A stretch of 64,000 nt of DNA from Priapulus caudatus (lineage: Eukaryota). How positions within the stretch are numbered: position 1 is the stretch's first letter; the number at the start of each line of letters is the position of its first letter. Below, in pieces: positions 12,725 through 25,200 of the stretch. A model generated the notes under the pieces. The model was not told the origin of the DNA, searched no databases, and saw nothing but the letters and a program-made list of their open reading frames with translations. The stretch spans positions 792,976 through 856,975 of the forward strand of contig NW_014577083.1 of NCBI RefSeq assembly GCF_000485595.1, given 5' to 3'. The position numbers were made by a program, and so were the translations under genes.

Positions 12725-15449
12725 CTGAAAATACAAATTTTATTAAAAGTTACTTATCTATCTTTAGAAGGAAAATGTCATTAACCAACTTCTAATAAAT
12801 AGGAAGTAATTTTTACCGTTGTGGAAGCTGTTATAATAGCCAAATTTTAAGCAATGCATACTACATATTTTCTTCATGTAACCAGTGCTAATGGACTCAT
12901 ATGAAAGCAAATTCAACCTTTAGAATACTTCATTCATAATTGGCACTTACTCGAGTCCTGTACGCTTTGCCATGAAGCCTCACGTCTCTTCGGTACAACC
13001 ACAGATCGGTCGGATTTTTTACATCCCTAGCTTTCCACTGAAACACAATTGTGCATTTAGCTTATTTAAAATAATTACTTATATAATAATTGTCACTAGT
13101 GCAGTGCACAACTTAGTTTAGAACCCTGGATTCTAAAACCAATAGTCCTCTAACAGATGGCGCCACTATACCTAAAATTGCAGCGTGCGTAATGTGCGAG
13201 CGTGTGTTATGGGCAGAGCTCATATCAGATAAATTGAAACTTATGGACGGACTCTGTAATGGGCGAGTATACTATGGGCGCTTGGGTCGTCTCAATAATA
13301 AAATGATGGTATATAAACATAAATTGTATTTACCAAAGTCTTTTAATGTTTATGTATTCTCTATCAGCTTATAATTCTACTCTAATAAAAATAACCATTA
13401 AAATGATCCTCTGCAACTCACAATCCCACCACACATGCCACTGTGCACAACTCGCAGGTTGGGAAGCGTAAACACAAATTTATACTTGTATTGTAATACC
13501 ATAATGCTTACTTCATTTACTCTTCCACAGCCCAAATACCCAACCAACACCTCCATATTGATATCTGGGTAATGCTATCCCCCGGGCGTGGAGGGAGGTG
13601 ACCGCAACGTGGCAGCACTAGTGCTAGGATGAGTGTTAGGATAGGGTCAGGGTCAGGGTTAGGGTTAGGGTAGGGTTAGGATTAGGGTTAGGGATTGGTT
13701 AGGTTAGGATTAGGGTTAGGGTTAGGGTTTTTGCATCATGATATCTGTCCCACACCATAGATTAATTTTGTGGTTTTTGGATTATATATAGCGCTCGCGA
13801 GATATATATGTTTAGTGGTATGGTTAGCGATGGAGGTATTGGAGTTAGCGTTACCGGGTGAGTAATGGTTTTGAAGTATACATCAACGGTATCACGTGAT
13901 CCTCCCTCCACGCCCGGGGGATAGCAACACCCTTGATATCTATGCATAGCTGATTGTTCACTTGTTAGAATAATCACTCTTGATCTCGGGTACAACGTAA
14001 TTTACCCAGAAGAACCTCATAAATTCCTGCGGTAATATTGCTCTCCATGGTTTTGCAAGCAGAAATATCTGTCTATTTACCATCCAAAAATCCTTATCAG
14101 CACAATTACATTGTTTGGCCAACAGTCGTGTACATCATTCTTGCTCAACACATACATGAGCCGAGTGGTTGGGATCATCCTGGAGCTTGAAAGTCGGGAT
14201 CACTTGAACCCAGAATGCAATATGCCACGATTACTCATGACGTATAATCAGGGAGTTGGCTCTCGTTGACAAATACGAAATAGTAATACGACAGAGCGCG
14301 ATATTTCCCATGAGTTTTACCCAAGTGCAAGAGTGATAATTCAAACTAGTTAACATTCAGCTACACATAGATGCCAATATGGAGGCAGTTGGCTGTGCAT
14401 CACTGCATTTTAATAAAGATGTAGAGAAGAGAGCATTGTGAGGATTTGGCACTCATGCCCACAGTCACTTGGAGCGTTTCAATAAAATATAATGCTAAAT
14501 AAATACGAAATCGATTTACTACCAGTCTTAATGTTTCTATACTCTCTTCACCTATTATTGCGCACAATTTCCTGTAAATGCCGTCCAAATGCTCATCTGC
14601 AACACACTGTCACACGCTGGCCGCCGCACGCTAGCTGGCTGCACCACTGACAACAATAATATAAAGCAGGTAGGAAAGTGTGCTGCAAATTTGCTCGACG
14701 CTCGCTTGATTTATACATACAACACAAATATTCAACCATTCTACTCCATCTTTGTTTCTATTTGAAGAACAGTGTTCACTTGTTATAAAAACATACTGTC
14801 TATGTTCGTAACGAGCTGTGTCACGCGAAATACACCAAAGCCTGACGAAATTCTCGCGTTCGCTCCCATTGCGCAGTTTATGTAAATGGCTGCAGTACAG
14901 GGCTATAGGTGGCGCACTGCATTTTGGAAACTACCACGCTGCTTTCCACCTCCCGTGTGAGCCCGTCAAAGCCGCCAGTGGAGCGTTGCAAAACGCTGCA
15001 GCGTTGTGGCGGCAAAAATGACGGTCAGGAGAGCGGCCGGTGGCTGTTTCCTGATTCCGACATCCATTTACATAACTGCGCACGGGAGCGAACGCGAGAA
15101 TTTCGTCAGGCTTTGTGTGATTTCGCGTGAAACAGCTCGGTTACGAACACAGACAGTATGTTTTTATAACAAGTGAACACTGTTCTTCAAATAGAAACAA
15201 GATGGAGTAGAATGGTTGAATATTTGTGTTGTATTCGTATGAAATCAAGCGAGCGTCGAGCGAATTTTGGCAGCACGCATTCCTACCTGCTACTGCTAGT
15301 AATACTAATACCAGACTACAGTATATATTTACGCAGTGGCTACGCGTCCGGATATCCACTCACACAGTGATCGCGTGACTCGCGTACACGCATGATTGCG
15401 CAACGGGACGCTCTGCTGCCGTCTATCCTTTCATCCATCCTCTCTCGCT

Positions 15450-15481
<32 letters not shown>

Positions 15482-15602
15482 GCTCTCTCTCCCACACACA
15501 CACACCTCTCTGATCTCTCTCTCTCTCTCACGCATACACACACACATACACATTCCATTCCCTTTTCTCTCTCTCTTTCATGCACACACCACAACACACA
15601 CA

Positions 15603-15649
<47 letters not shown>

Positions 15650-18600
15650 CACACGGCAATCAGCAGAGCGTCCCATTGCGCAATCATGCGTGTACGTGTG
15701 CAAGCTCACTGTGTGAGATGGATGTCCGGACGTGTAGCCTAGCGGCTCCTCGTTCGGAACTGGTCGCGTAGCCACGGCCATATATTTATGTGTCAGTGTG
15801 CAGCAGCTAGCGTGCGGTGTACTTTTGTGTTGCAGATGAGCATTTGGACGGCATTTACAGGAATTTGTCGGGCAATAATAGTGAAGAGAGTAGAGAAACA
15901 TTAAGACTTGGTATCGGTAGTAATATAGTATTTCGTCTTTATTTAGCATTTACTCAATAGGCCCTTATTTTATTGGAACACGCTCCAACTCCAAGTGTCT
16001 GGTGTTCAACTCGGGGTTCAACTGCATTAGACTTACTCACAGGCACTTGGAACGTCTCAATAAAAAAAAAAAGGTAAATAAACACCCGGAAATGTTTTAT
16101 ACGACAGTCTTATGTTTTCTACTCTATTTCGCTATAATCACTGTAAATCGTGAAATGTAAGAGGACGAGAATGTCTGTTTATACCGAGTAATGGGGCGCA
16201 TTGCATGCCAGGGATGAGCTGCTGCGCCTGCGAGCTCAGCTTTCGGGGGCCGGCCAGGCCAAGCAAATGCTCGCGGAAGTGAAGTACGCAGCAGCCCGAC
16301 TCACAATCGTCGAAATTCGTAGCGCGCGTTAGGGATATTCGGATGATACGTCTCTTTCATTTTAGCGGAAGAGAACTTTCGCTGCAGGATTTCACGGAGA
16401 TATCTTGGCCGGGAGTAAGGTAAGAACAAAAGCCAGCGTTATAATTCGAACAAGGTTGACACATTTATATACACATAGTAGTGATGTTCAGTAATCTCAA
16501 TTATACTCGATATCGGTTGAACTAGTGGCTCGAACCTAAGCGCTTGGTTATCAATAATCCATATCGATTTCAGCGAAAAGAAAGAAAAACAACATCGAAA
16601 TAAATGTAAAACTTGAACAAGAAAACTTGAAAACTGATGAGATCAGAGATATCATCGCTATTTTAGTTCGGGATCCCCCGACATTCGCCGTCAGTTNNNN
16701 NNNNNNNNNNNNNNNNNNNNNNNNNNNNNNNNNNNNNNNNNNNNNNNNNNNNNNNNNNNNNNNNNNNNNNNNNNNNNNNNNNNNNNNNNNNNNNNNNNNN
16801 NNNNNNNNNNNNNNNNNNNNNNNNNNNNNNNNNNNNNNNNNNNNNNNNNNNNNNNNNNNNNNNNNNNNNNNNNNNNNNNNNNNNNNNNNNNNNNNNNNNN
16901 NNNNNNNNNNNNNNNNNNNNNNNNNNNNNNNNNNNNNNNNNNNNNNNNNNNNNNNNNNNNNNNNNNNNNNNNNNNNNNNNNNNNNNNNNNNNNNNNNNNN
17001 NNNNNNNNNNNNNNNNNNNNNNNNNNNNNNNNNNNNNNNNNNNNNNNNNNNNNNNNNNNNNNNNNNNNNNNNNNNNNNNNNNNNNNNNNNNNNNNNNNNN
17101 NNNNNNNNNNNNNNNNNNNNNNNNNNNNNNNNNNNNNNNNNNNNNNNNNNNNNNNNNNNNNNNNNNNNNNNNNNNNNNNNNNNNNNNNNNNNNNNNNNNN
17201 NNNNNNNNNNNNNNNNNNNNNNNNNNNNNNNNNNNNNNNNNNNNNNNNNNNNNNNNNNNNNNNNNNNNNNNNNNNNNNNNNNNNNNNNNNNNNNNNNNNN
17301 NNNNNNNNNNNNNNNNNNNNNNNNNNNNNNNNNNNNNNNNNNNNNNNNNNNNNNNNNNNNNNNNNNNNNNNNNNNNNNNNNNNNNNNNNNNNNNNNNNNN
17401 NNNNNNNNNNNNNNNNNNNNNNNNNNNNNNNNNNNNNNNNNNNNNNNNNNNNNNNNNNNNNNNNNNNNNNNNNNNNNNNNNNNNNNNNNNNNNNNNNNNN
17501 NNNNNNNNNNNNNNNNNNNNNNNNNNNNNNNNNNNNNNNNNNNNNNNNNNNNNNNNNGTTTAAATTTTTTAATGTTTTAATAAAGGCATTTAAACCATTT
17601 CTTTTTAAATTGATTAAATACTGTATAGGAACAGACATTGATATACATACACCTTCACAGAGTTAATACATGATCATAAAACATGATAATATTGAATGCT
17701 ATGTATAATTGTATATACAAAGTAAGATTAAATTAAATCTATGCTATTATTAACCGATTATCCGATTATAATCGATTATCGATCGGTTAAGGGAAACCGA
17801 TAATCGATTATGAAATTCCAGCCGATTCCCATCACTAATCATTATTCACTTCTTAAAAGATTGTTTTTCAGAAACCCGCTTCATTCCACTTTCGTAAATA
17901 ACATTCACCATTTTCAAACATTCAGATCAATCAGAGCGAGTGTTACAATAGCCTGGTTCTCGCTTGTATCTGTGGCGCTGCAGGAGGGCTGATAGACTCG
18001 CTCTGATTGGTCTGATTGTTTGTAAATGGCGAATGTTATTTACGAAAGTGGAATGAAGCGGGTTTCTGAAAAACAATCTTTTAAGAAGTGAATAACGATT
18101 GAAGTGAATGTATACACATATCTGTAGCAAGGTAAAGTCATGTAGAAGGGAACGGTAGGGTTTTTTTCGCGCCAATAGTGGCGTATGGGCCGCATTCGCA
18201 GCTGCATGCATTTTGCATGCGATCTCACGAAATTTCAATGAGCCCCATTCCGTCCCAATAACCAACACCAAAATATAAAAAAGGTGATATGGGACAGAAT
18301 TATTCTGTCTAGGGTTATGGATAGGGTTAGGGTTAGGGAGTAGGCATAGGCGACTCCCTAGACCCGTTAGTGGAGTAGGCGAGGTACGGTCCGGCATATT
18401 AGATAGTACCAGGGTACCTTCCGGCAGTACCCCGGGGGACATAGACCCTCTCAGCGTTACTTGGGTCCAACCGATGATCGATTACGAAATTACAACCGAT
18501 TGACAACACCACACATAGATACCAAGATGGGAGCTGTTGGATGTGTTTTCGTTCTGTGATCGTGTGAAATGAAGGCTGAAGCGAGCGTCGAGCGAATTTT

Positions 18601-18977
18601 GCGATCACGCTTTCCTACCTGCTCTCTTATTCATGTTGTTTGTGTACGCACTGTAACGCAGCAAAGGGCGGGCGTGCGGTGTACTTGTGTGTTGCAGATG
18701 AGCATTTGACCGGCATTTAACAAGTGATTATATGCGAAATATAGTAGAGTAACATTAAGACTTTGGTACATTTCGTGTTTATTTACCATTAATTTTTTTT
18801 ATTGAGACGTTCCAAGTGCCTGTGGCTTCAAGTGCCTGTGGACTTACTTAGACTAGTCTGAGACGCGACATCACTTACCTTTCCAATAAAGAGTTTGTTG
18901 ACGACCCAGCTAGCACAATTTGGCACGGCTAAAACGCCAACCATTATACCAAAACTAGGCAAGATTTCATACCACAT
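12701..18977 (-). CDS. NDUFA1: NADH dehydrogenase [ubiquinone] 1 alpha subcomplex subunit 1 (MWFE), 3 exons, 69 aa
   Basis: Join of minus-strand 18879-18977, 12951-13037 and 12701-12724, all GT-AG and phase 0: MWYEILPSFGIMVGVLAVPNCASWVVNKLFIGK-WKARDVKNPTDLWLYRRDVRLHGKAYRTR-GLEAISA*. It has the MW(F/Y)EILP start, a TM helix, the RD.R..G..Y motif and the GLE.I end. Confidence 0.95.
12951..13037 (-). CDS. NDUFA1: NDUFA1 coding exon 2
   Basis: TTTCAG| WKARDVKNPTDLWLYRRDVRLHGKAYRTR |GTAAGT; 87 nt. Confidence 0.92.
13567..13932. mobile_element. MITE with ~32-bp TIRs containing internal (TTAGGG)n
   Basis: GGGTAATGCTATCCCCCGGGCGTGGAGGGAGG ... CCTCCCTCCACGCCCGGGGGATAGCAACACCC; telomere-like repeats at 13641-13728. 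Confidence 0.8.
14460..16004. mobile_element. Fold-back MITE (CACAG.CACTTGGA termini) with a nested insertion in the right arm
   Basis: The left arm 14460-14892 is the reverse complement of 15061-15291 plus 15780-16004. No clear TSD. Confidence 0.8.
15334..15777. mobile_element. Nested MITE with microsatellite core
   Basis: Termini CAGTGGCTACGCG / CGCGTAGCCACGG, plus ~80-bp inverted arms (15343-15420 vs 15661-15738) around (CA)n/(CT)n/(GCAC)n. Confidence 0.75.
16697..17557. other. Assembly gap (861 N); other gaps at 11300-11309 (10 N), 46035-46059 and 52980-53004 (25 N each)
   Basis: Runs of N. Confidence 1.
17837..18100. mobile_element. Palindromic MITE with ~100-bp arms
   Basis: TTATTCACTTCTTAAAAGATTGTTTTTCAGAAACCCGCTTCATTCCACTTTCGTAAATAACATTC... 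and its near-exact reverse complement. Confidence 0.85.
18879..18977 (-). CDS. NDUFA1: NDUFA1 coding exon 1
   Basis: ACCATG start; MWYEILPSFG...FIGK; donor AAG|GTAAGT. Confidence 0.95.
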
Positions 18978-19166
18978 GGTGTTAGCAGAAACTAAATCTG
19001 CCGATGTTACTGCAGGAAGACTGTGGGGATGAACAGCACAGGCCACCTAACAAATGACCTCCTCAATCAGAAATATAAGACTGTTCACTTTTATAGATGG
19101 CGCTGCGTAGTTATCCGCGATTTAATCGGAACTTTTTCACAGTTTGTGTTTAATTTGTTTCGGAAG
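18978..19166. promoter_or_regulatory. Putative compact bidirectional promoter plus both 5' UTRs (NDUFA1 / UPF3)
   Basis: 189 bp between divergent ATGs; central AGATGGCG YY1-like core at 19095-19102. Confidence 0.7.
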
Positions 19167-19274
19167 ATGACGCAGGATCAAGGTCAGTTATCAAAAAATA
19201 CATCTGATAACAACAAAGATGACAAGCAAAATACCAAATGGGAGCGGAAAGACAAAGACATGCAACCCACAAAG
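19167..19274 (+). CDS. UPF3: UPF3 exon 1
   Basis: AAGATG start; MTQDQG...KDMQPTK; donor AAG|GCAAGC (GC type). An alternative weak in-frame GT follows 19283. Confidence 0.75.
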
Positions 19275-22200
19275 GCAAGCCGGGTACTACCATTGCCATT
19301 GCAATTTGCATTGGTATTTCGGCATTGGCATTGCAACAACAACAGTCATGGCTGTTGATGTATACCTCGTGAAACACTGCTGGTCAATAGATTAGAATTT
19401 AGTGTCCGTGAAACATCCAGAGAGACCGCGTACAAGATGGCGTTGCGCAAAAGATGCGTTATTCCCCGGCCGCCGAGAGCGGTTAAGCCGCGCACTTCCG
19501 CGGGACTGGGTGCACGCGACCACAGGGTGTTGTATGTAGCATCTCGCGCTGCCCGCTATACGAATTCGCGCACCGAAGGAGGGCGGGCGCGCGAATCCGT
19601 ATAGCGGGAAGCGTAACATCGCGCAGTTTTCGTCAGACGTACACCGGCTTGACTACGGCGGCCTTGGGGGGGGAGGGCATTTCCTGCTGCTGCTGCTTTG
19701 CTGCTCCAGAGCCGCGCTGCAGCAGCTAGCAGGGCCCAGTATTTGGTGCTGCTGTGGTTTGCCACGCCAGCCACGCCAGCGCAGGTGCTCGCACGACGTG
19801 CCGTCGCCACGGGCAGCGCGGGGTCAGGAGGTTGGTCGAAACGTGGCATGTACACAGCGTGGCGGCGCCGCTTTTGGAGATAGCATCTAGACCGCGCCCC
19901 CCCACGTGGAGCGCCGTACGACACTTCGTTAAAAGCTCTGTGATAGACATAACGCTATACTCGGCAGTAGCGCATGTCATCGCGTAGCGGCCAATGAGCG
20001 AGCGCGTCATCGCTGATTGACAGCATTTCTTGGGGTTTCTTGTAGGAGCCACTACGTCTTAGCCATGAGACGCGCCACCCCCCAAAAAGTTTAGGGGCCG
20101 TTTGGAGATAGCCTCAAGCCGTCCATCGTGAAATGTCGGTTGGATTGCGCCCAGTTTTCGCGGAGTTCGTTTTCAGACCCCTGTCTAAGGTATCTGTCTA
20201 AGTGGACAAAAAGGGGGCGGCGTATTCGCTGTTGGGGCGCGGCTTCGCCGCGAGCTGTACGCTGCGCGCAATAACCGGGCCACATGTCCGTCTAGACAAA
20301 TAAATTTACAAAAAAAACATGACAATACTTGCTGGTATTGCTTACGTAACAGCAAGTATCTACAGTAAGGCTAACATGTCTTATAAGTTATAATTACACT
20401 CGTACATACATCGTTGCTTTCAACAAAGTGAAACGATAAAAAACATTTGTTGACTTTGTGTTGTTGACAAGAATGCAGTTACATGATTACACCCCTTGAT
20501 TCTCTTAAGACTCTTCCCTACACTTTGTTAAAAGTAATTTGTATTATGTAATAGAGTTGCTTTACCAATCTAGAACCTCGATCTGCAAGATAAAGTTTTG
20601 TCACCGATTTCAAGGGAATTGTCACAACGAATGTGGCTGCATTATTCAGATATATATATACAACTATTGAACCTTTGTTTGTTGATGCGGTTGCATGAAG
20701 ATGCCATTTGCCCTTGATGAGATGCGTTGCTGGATTATAGGGGAAAGCAGCTTTAACTAAAAACATGCACTAAACCCACAGTATTGTTTCCCTTTGCGTG
20801 TGTTATTGGCACAGCAATATGCCCATCTATGGACGAAAGATTCCTCAAATTGCAGTGCTAGTGGGCAGACCATTTGTCAACTGTCAATTATCTTTGTTAT
20901 ATAATTAGTCAAATTGTAACATTTGTAACTAAACGACTGGCCTATCTGATGAAATGATAGAAGTCCTAATTTTATAATTCTTAAAGCCGCAATATGCGCA
21001 TCCAAACACTAATTTCTCCAGTACTAGACTAGCAAATACTTCGTGTCATGCATAATCATACTACCTTATGACAAAATAAACTCTAGTTTCTCCCATTTCA
21101 CTGCACGTTGTCTTATAAAAGGTATTTGAAAATACCTCCAATGTTGTTCAAATTCTCCGATGTTGTTGACACGTTTGCGTTGCTCTGCCAAGCAACCGTA
21201 CAGCGGGTGCAACCCGTAGCAACATGTGACGTCAACTAACCGATTCGGGGCTAAATTGTTTGGCAAAAATTCTGCGTTGGCGCCAGATTGCCAGATTTTG
21301 CACCTCTTTCTTGTGGGTTTTAAGCAAACGCGCAGTGAAATGGGAGGAACTAGAGTTTATTTTGTCATAAGGTAGTGTGATTATGCATGACACGAAGTAT
21401 ATTGTCATAAGGTAGTGTGATTATGCATGACACGAAGTATTTGCTAGTCTAGTACTGGAGAAATTAGCGTTTGGATGCGCATATTGCGGCTTTAAGAGTT
21501 CCTTGACACTGTAAGTCTGAATTTCTGCACGAGCTATGAGGTTTGCTAGTGAGTTTTATTGTTGTTTTAGGTTGTGATACGAAGACTCCCACCAACAATG
21601 ACTGGAGAGGAATTCCTTGAACAAATCTCTCCTTTACCAGAAAATGACTACATATATTTTGTTAAAGGTGACTTAAGGTGGGTGCTTCGGATGCATGTAT
21701 GTTTCCTTGAAAACCATTCATCAATGTTTGTATAAATTTATTTGTACGTTGATGGTTCTAACCTGACAAATAATTCATTGATGCAAGTTGGTATTTGGTA
21801 ATACCATTTTTTAATGCACAATAAAATATAATGGTATTTTTATCAGAAATAAATTTAGTTATTATGTATATCTGAAGTATATCTATCAAGAGTACATAAT
21901 AGGAGAAGAGTATGACACCGTTTTAACAGCGTTTTGCATAGTTTTCAACTTGTAAATATTCTATCAATATGTGAATAAATATATTCAAACTTTACCTTAT
22001 TTTCGTCTATGATTCTCCCTTAATCATATGACACCACCAATTTACCTGAAAATCGTATGTGTTCTTCAAAAAAGGTCTTTGAATACGACACGGTTTCAAA
22101 CAGTTTCCATGAATGGCAGCATGTGTTTGGCGAAAGTTCGACCAAAGTTGATATGCGGCGGCAGCACCAGGTTGTAATCAAGATACAAGATAGAGACAAT

Positions 22201-25200
22201 AGAACACTAATCCCATACTAAACTTTCGCCTAACACATGCTGCCATTCGTGGAAACTGTTTGAAACCGTGTCGTATTAAAAAAACTTTTTGGAAGAACAC
22301 ATACGATTTTCAGGTAAATTGGTGGTGTCATAAAATATTATGATCAAGGGAAACTCATAGATGAAAATAAGGTAAAGTTTGAATATATTTATTCACATAT
22401 TGATAGAATATTTACAAGTTAAAAACTATGCAAAACGCTGTTAAAACGGTGTCATACTCTTCTCCTATTATGTACTCTTGATATCTATGTATGTGCATAT
22501 TTCCAAAAATTACATTAAAAACATTTTTTAGCATTATCTTATTTACCTGAAGCTATTTCAGCTAAAACTGGCATTTTAACATCATTTGAAGCAATAATAG
22601 TTCCATTAGAGTGAGGGAAACTCACTTATCCTTCAAATTAGGTGTGGCTGGCTGTGACACATATTGTGGTGAACCAGAGCTCAGCTATAACATTATGCTA
22701 CACATGGTTATCATTGTGAAATGGTTAAAAATTATAGAATTCGGTACAAACTAGACTAGAAACACAGGTTTTCATGGATCAAGAAGAGAAAAACATGCAA
22801 TTACATCAAACCTGACACCTATTAGGAGAAGTGAATACAAAATGCGTTTCTAGAATAGATGTAGTGAAGATATGTTTAATATCGAACTAATTCATATCGA
22901 AAATAATGCTAGATTGGGGTTTCTCTGTCACCTATTTCTTGTGTATCATGTCAAGATAAGATTGTTTGAACTTCTTACTTATATAGCAATGTTAGCAATG
23001 GCTGGTTAGCAAATATTGATAAGCGTTGTATGGGTATCATGGAGTGCATATACTTTGATATTGTTTCAGTCTTTGCCACTATGCATTCTCCCGAGGATAC
23101 ATCAACTTTGTCCATGCAGATGATGTCATCGTATTTAAAGAGAAGTTTGATAACTACATATTCGTTGACTCAAAGGGTACGTGTTTCTTGCTAGTAGCTC
23201 TGTGTAATGTAAAGTGATGAGATACAGTCACCATATACATTTGATTTACTGGTGAAATTATGCATTGTGAATGTTTACTGCACATGGGTAAGACTACTGG
23301 TTTTAATTGCATTACAGGATTACTGAATTTAAATGCCTAGCACTCAATAGCAATTTTACACTACAAAGATATACACGATCCTAACACATCTCAAGCCCCA
23401 GTGCTGCTATGGTTTTAGGTGTTAGATCAGGGATTAGAAATCGAAAACATAAATAAGCATGCTCGGTTTTTCAGGAAATGAGTATCCGGCAGTTGTGGAG
23501 TTTGCTCTATTTCAAAAAATTCCAAAGAATAAAGTTAAGAAGAAAGACACAAAGATTGGAACAATTGAAGATGGTAGGGATGAGACATAGGGCAGTAGTA
23601 ATCTAATGAATACCTCAGTTTCACCAAAATAGTTTAGGTTGTGCACCCTATTATCTTTGTATAACTTGCTGAATCTGTCTAGATAAGCTGAATGCATATC
23701 GTTAAAGTAATTGCACTGATAAAAGGCAGCTTGATAAATAATATTTTGTTCACGTTGTTCACCAACACAGCCAATTTGATCATGGATGTTTACTACTGTT
23801 TTATTATAGATGCTGATTATAAGAAATTTCTGGATGAACTGCTGAACCCACCAGAAGTGACAGTACGGACGGTAGAGCAGTACCTAGAAGAGATGGAGAA
23901 ACGGGATAAAAGCAGAGGTAAACTATTAGATGGGTGTGTGATATCACAGCGGATGGGTGTGAGTGGGGAGCTAGCCAAGCTAGTTCATTGTCGATCTAAG
24001 ATGAATGCATATTTTAATCACCTCACTGTGTTGCGTCATTCTGTTTGTAATAATTTAGCAGAAAATGTCTCTTATTTTAATATGTGCTGTTGGAAACTCC
24101 TTTAAATATGGTTTTTCTTGTAATCTATTGACTCAATTGGAACAAGAATATCCTAGGAATATCCACAGTGCACTATACTATTCCATATATAGATTGCATA
24201 GTTGTTCACTGTGGAGTTTCCTTCAATCGAATAATGACAATTAATACTGTAGTCATACTGCTCTAATAATCATTAGCTACAAACTACAGAGATATTGTTT
24301 GCTTTAATCTTCTCAAACCTTGCCTGTAGAAATGCATGCCACTGGTGCTGTGCATATATCAGAAGTAAATGGCCATACATATTACAATTATGCAGTCACA
24401 GTTTGTCCATAATAAGTTACTGGTTACGTATGTACATCTGTGGTTTGTTTGTAGATGGATGCAGGGTCACAACACCATTGATTGAGTACATAAAGCAGAA
24501 GAAATTGGAAAAGCAGGTACACATCTCATCATGAACATATTTGTAAACTGTATTATATATTCTATATATATATTGTCTGTAGATATATGCTCATGCTCTC
24601 ATAATAATATACGCATATGTGATAATATGACGAGTTTACTAAATGTTAGCCATGTTGGAATAATGTCATCAGAGTTCATTTTATCAGCCAATTAGATCTT
24701 AAAACAGTCTCTTCACTAAATATGCTCGATTTATCTCAAAATTATATTACTTTCTATGTTTATGGTCTTTATAATGTGTTATAATGCAATGCCTGGCCAA
24801 CAGTGCCCACCACATAATCCGACTCATCATCGAGTCATTTTCACAATCTAATTTACGTAGAGATTTACGTTGAAGTTTGTAAAATGCAAAGGTTCTTGTC
24901 TTGCTCAGATAGAGAGAGCTGATTGTTTTATGTTAATTTTCAGGTGCTGTGTTAGAATACAAACACACTTTATGTGAAACGTGACAATGTGGCACCTTAA
25001 AATAGCCTTGAAAAATTTACTATACAGAGTTGCAATGCTGGCGAGGAATATTACGTTCTAGAAGATGGCTAATAGTTTCTTGATTTAGGAACCAATTTTA
25101 ATTGTATATGTTGCAGAGTCTAAAGAAATGCCACTATACTTTATACTAGCACCGTTCTATAATTGGAACTGACCGCATTGTTTTAGAAAGTCCGAGAGGA

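Larger units (their letters stand above)
16038..18840. mobile_element. P-element-like non-autonomous transposon with perfect 8-bp TSD (contains an 861-N gap and nested elements)
   Basis: GACTTACT|CACAGGCACTTGGAACGTCTCAATAAAAA ... TTATTGAGACGTTCCAAGTGCCTGTG GCTT CAAGTGCCTGTG|GACTTACT. Same family as 14460-16004. Superfamily inferred from the CA terminus and 8-bp TSD. Confidence 0.75.

Noticed and set aside
13641..13728. Chromosome end / true telomere
   Set aside because: Short, degenerate, intronic and enclosed by TIRs.
16627..17638. 317-aa and 315-aa ORFs
   Set aside because: Almost entirely N-gap translated as X.
19400..20300. CpG-rich ORFs in UPF3 intron 1 as a nested gene
   Set aside because: Short overlapping ORFs with no recognisable domain. 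Probably an unclassified repeat or CpG-rich promoter flank; I could not define termini or a TSD.
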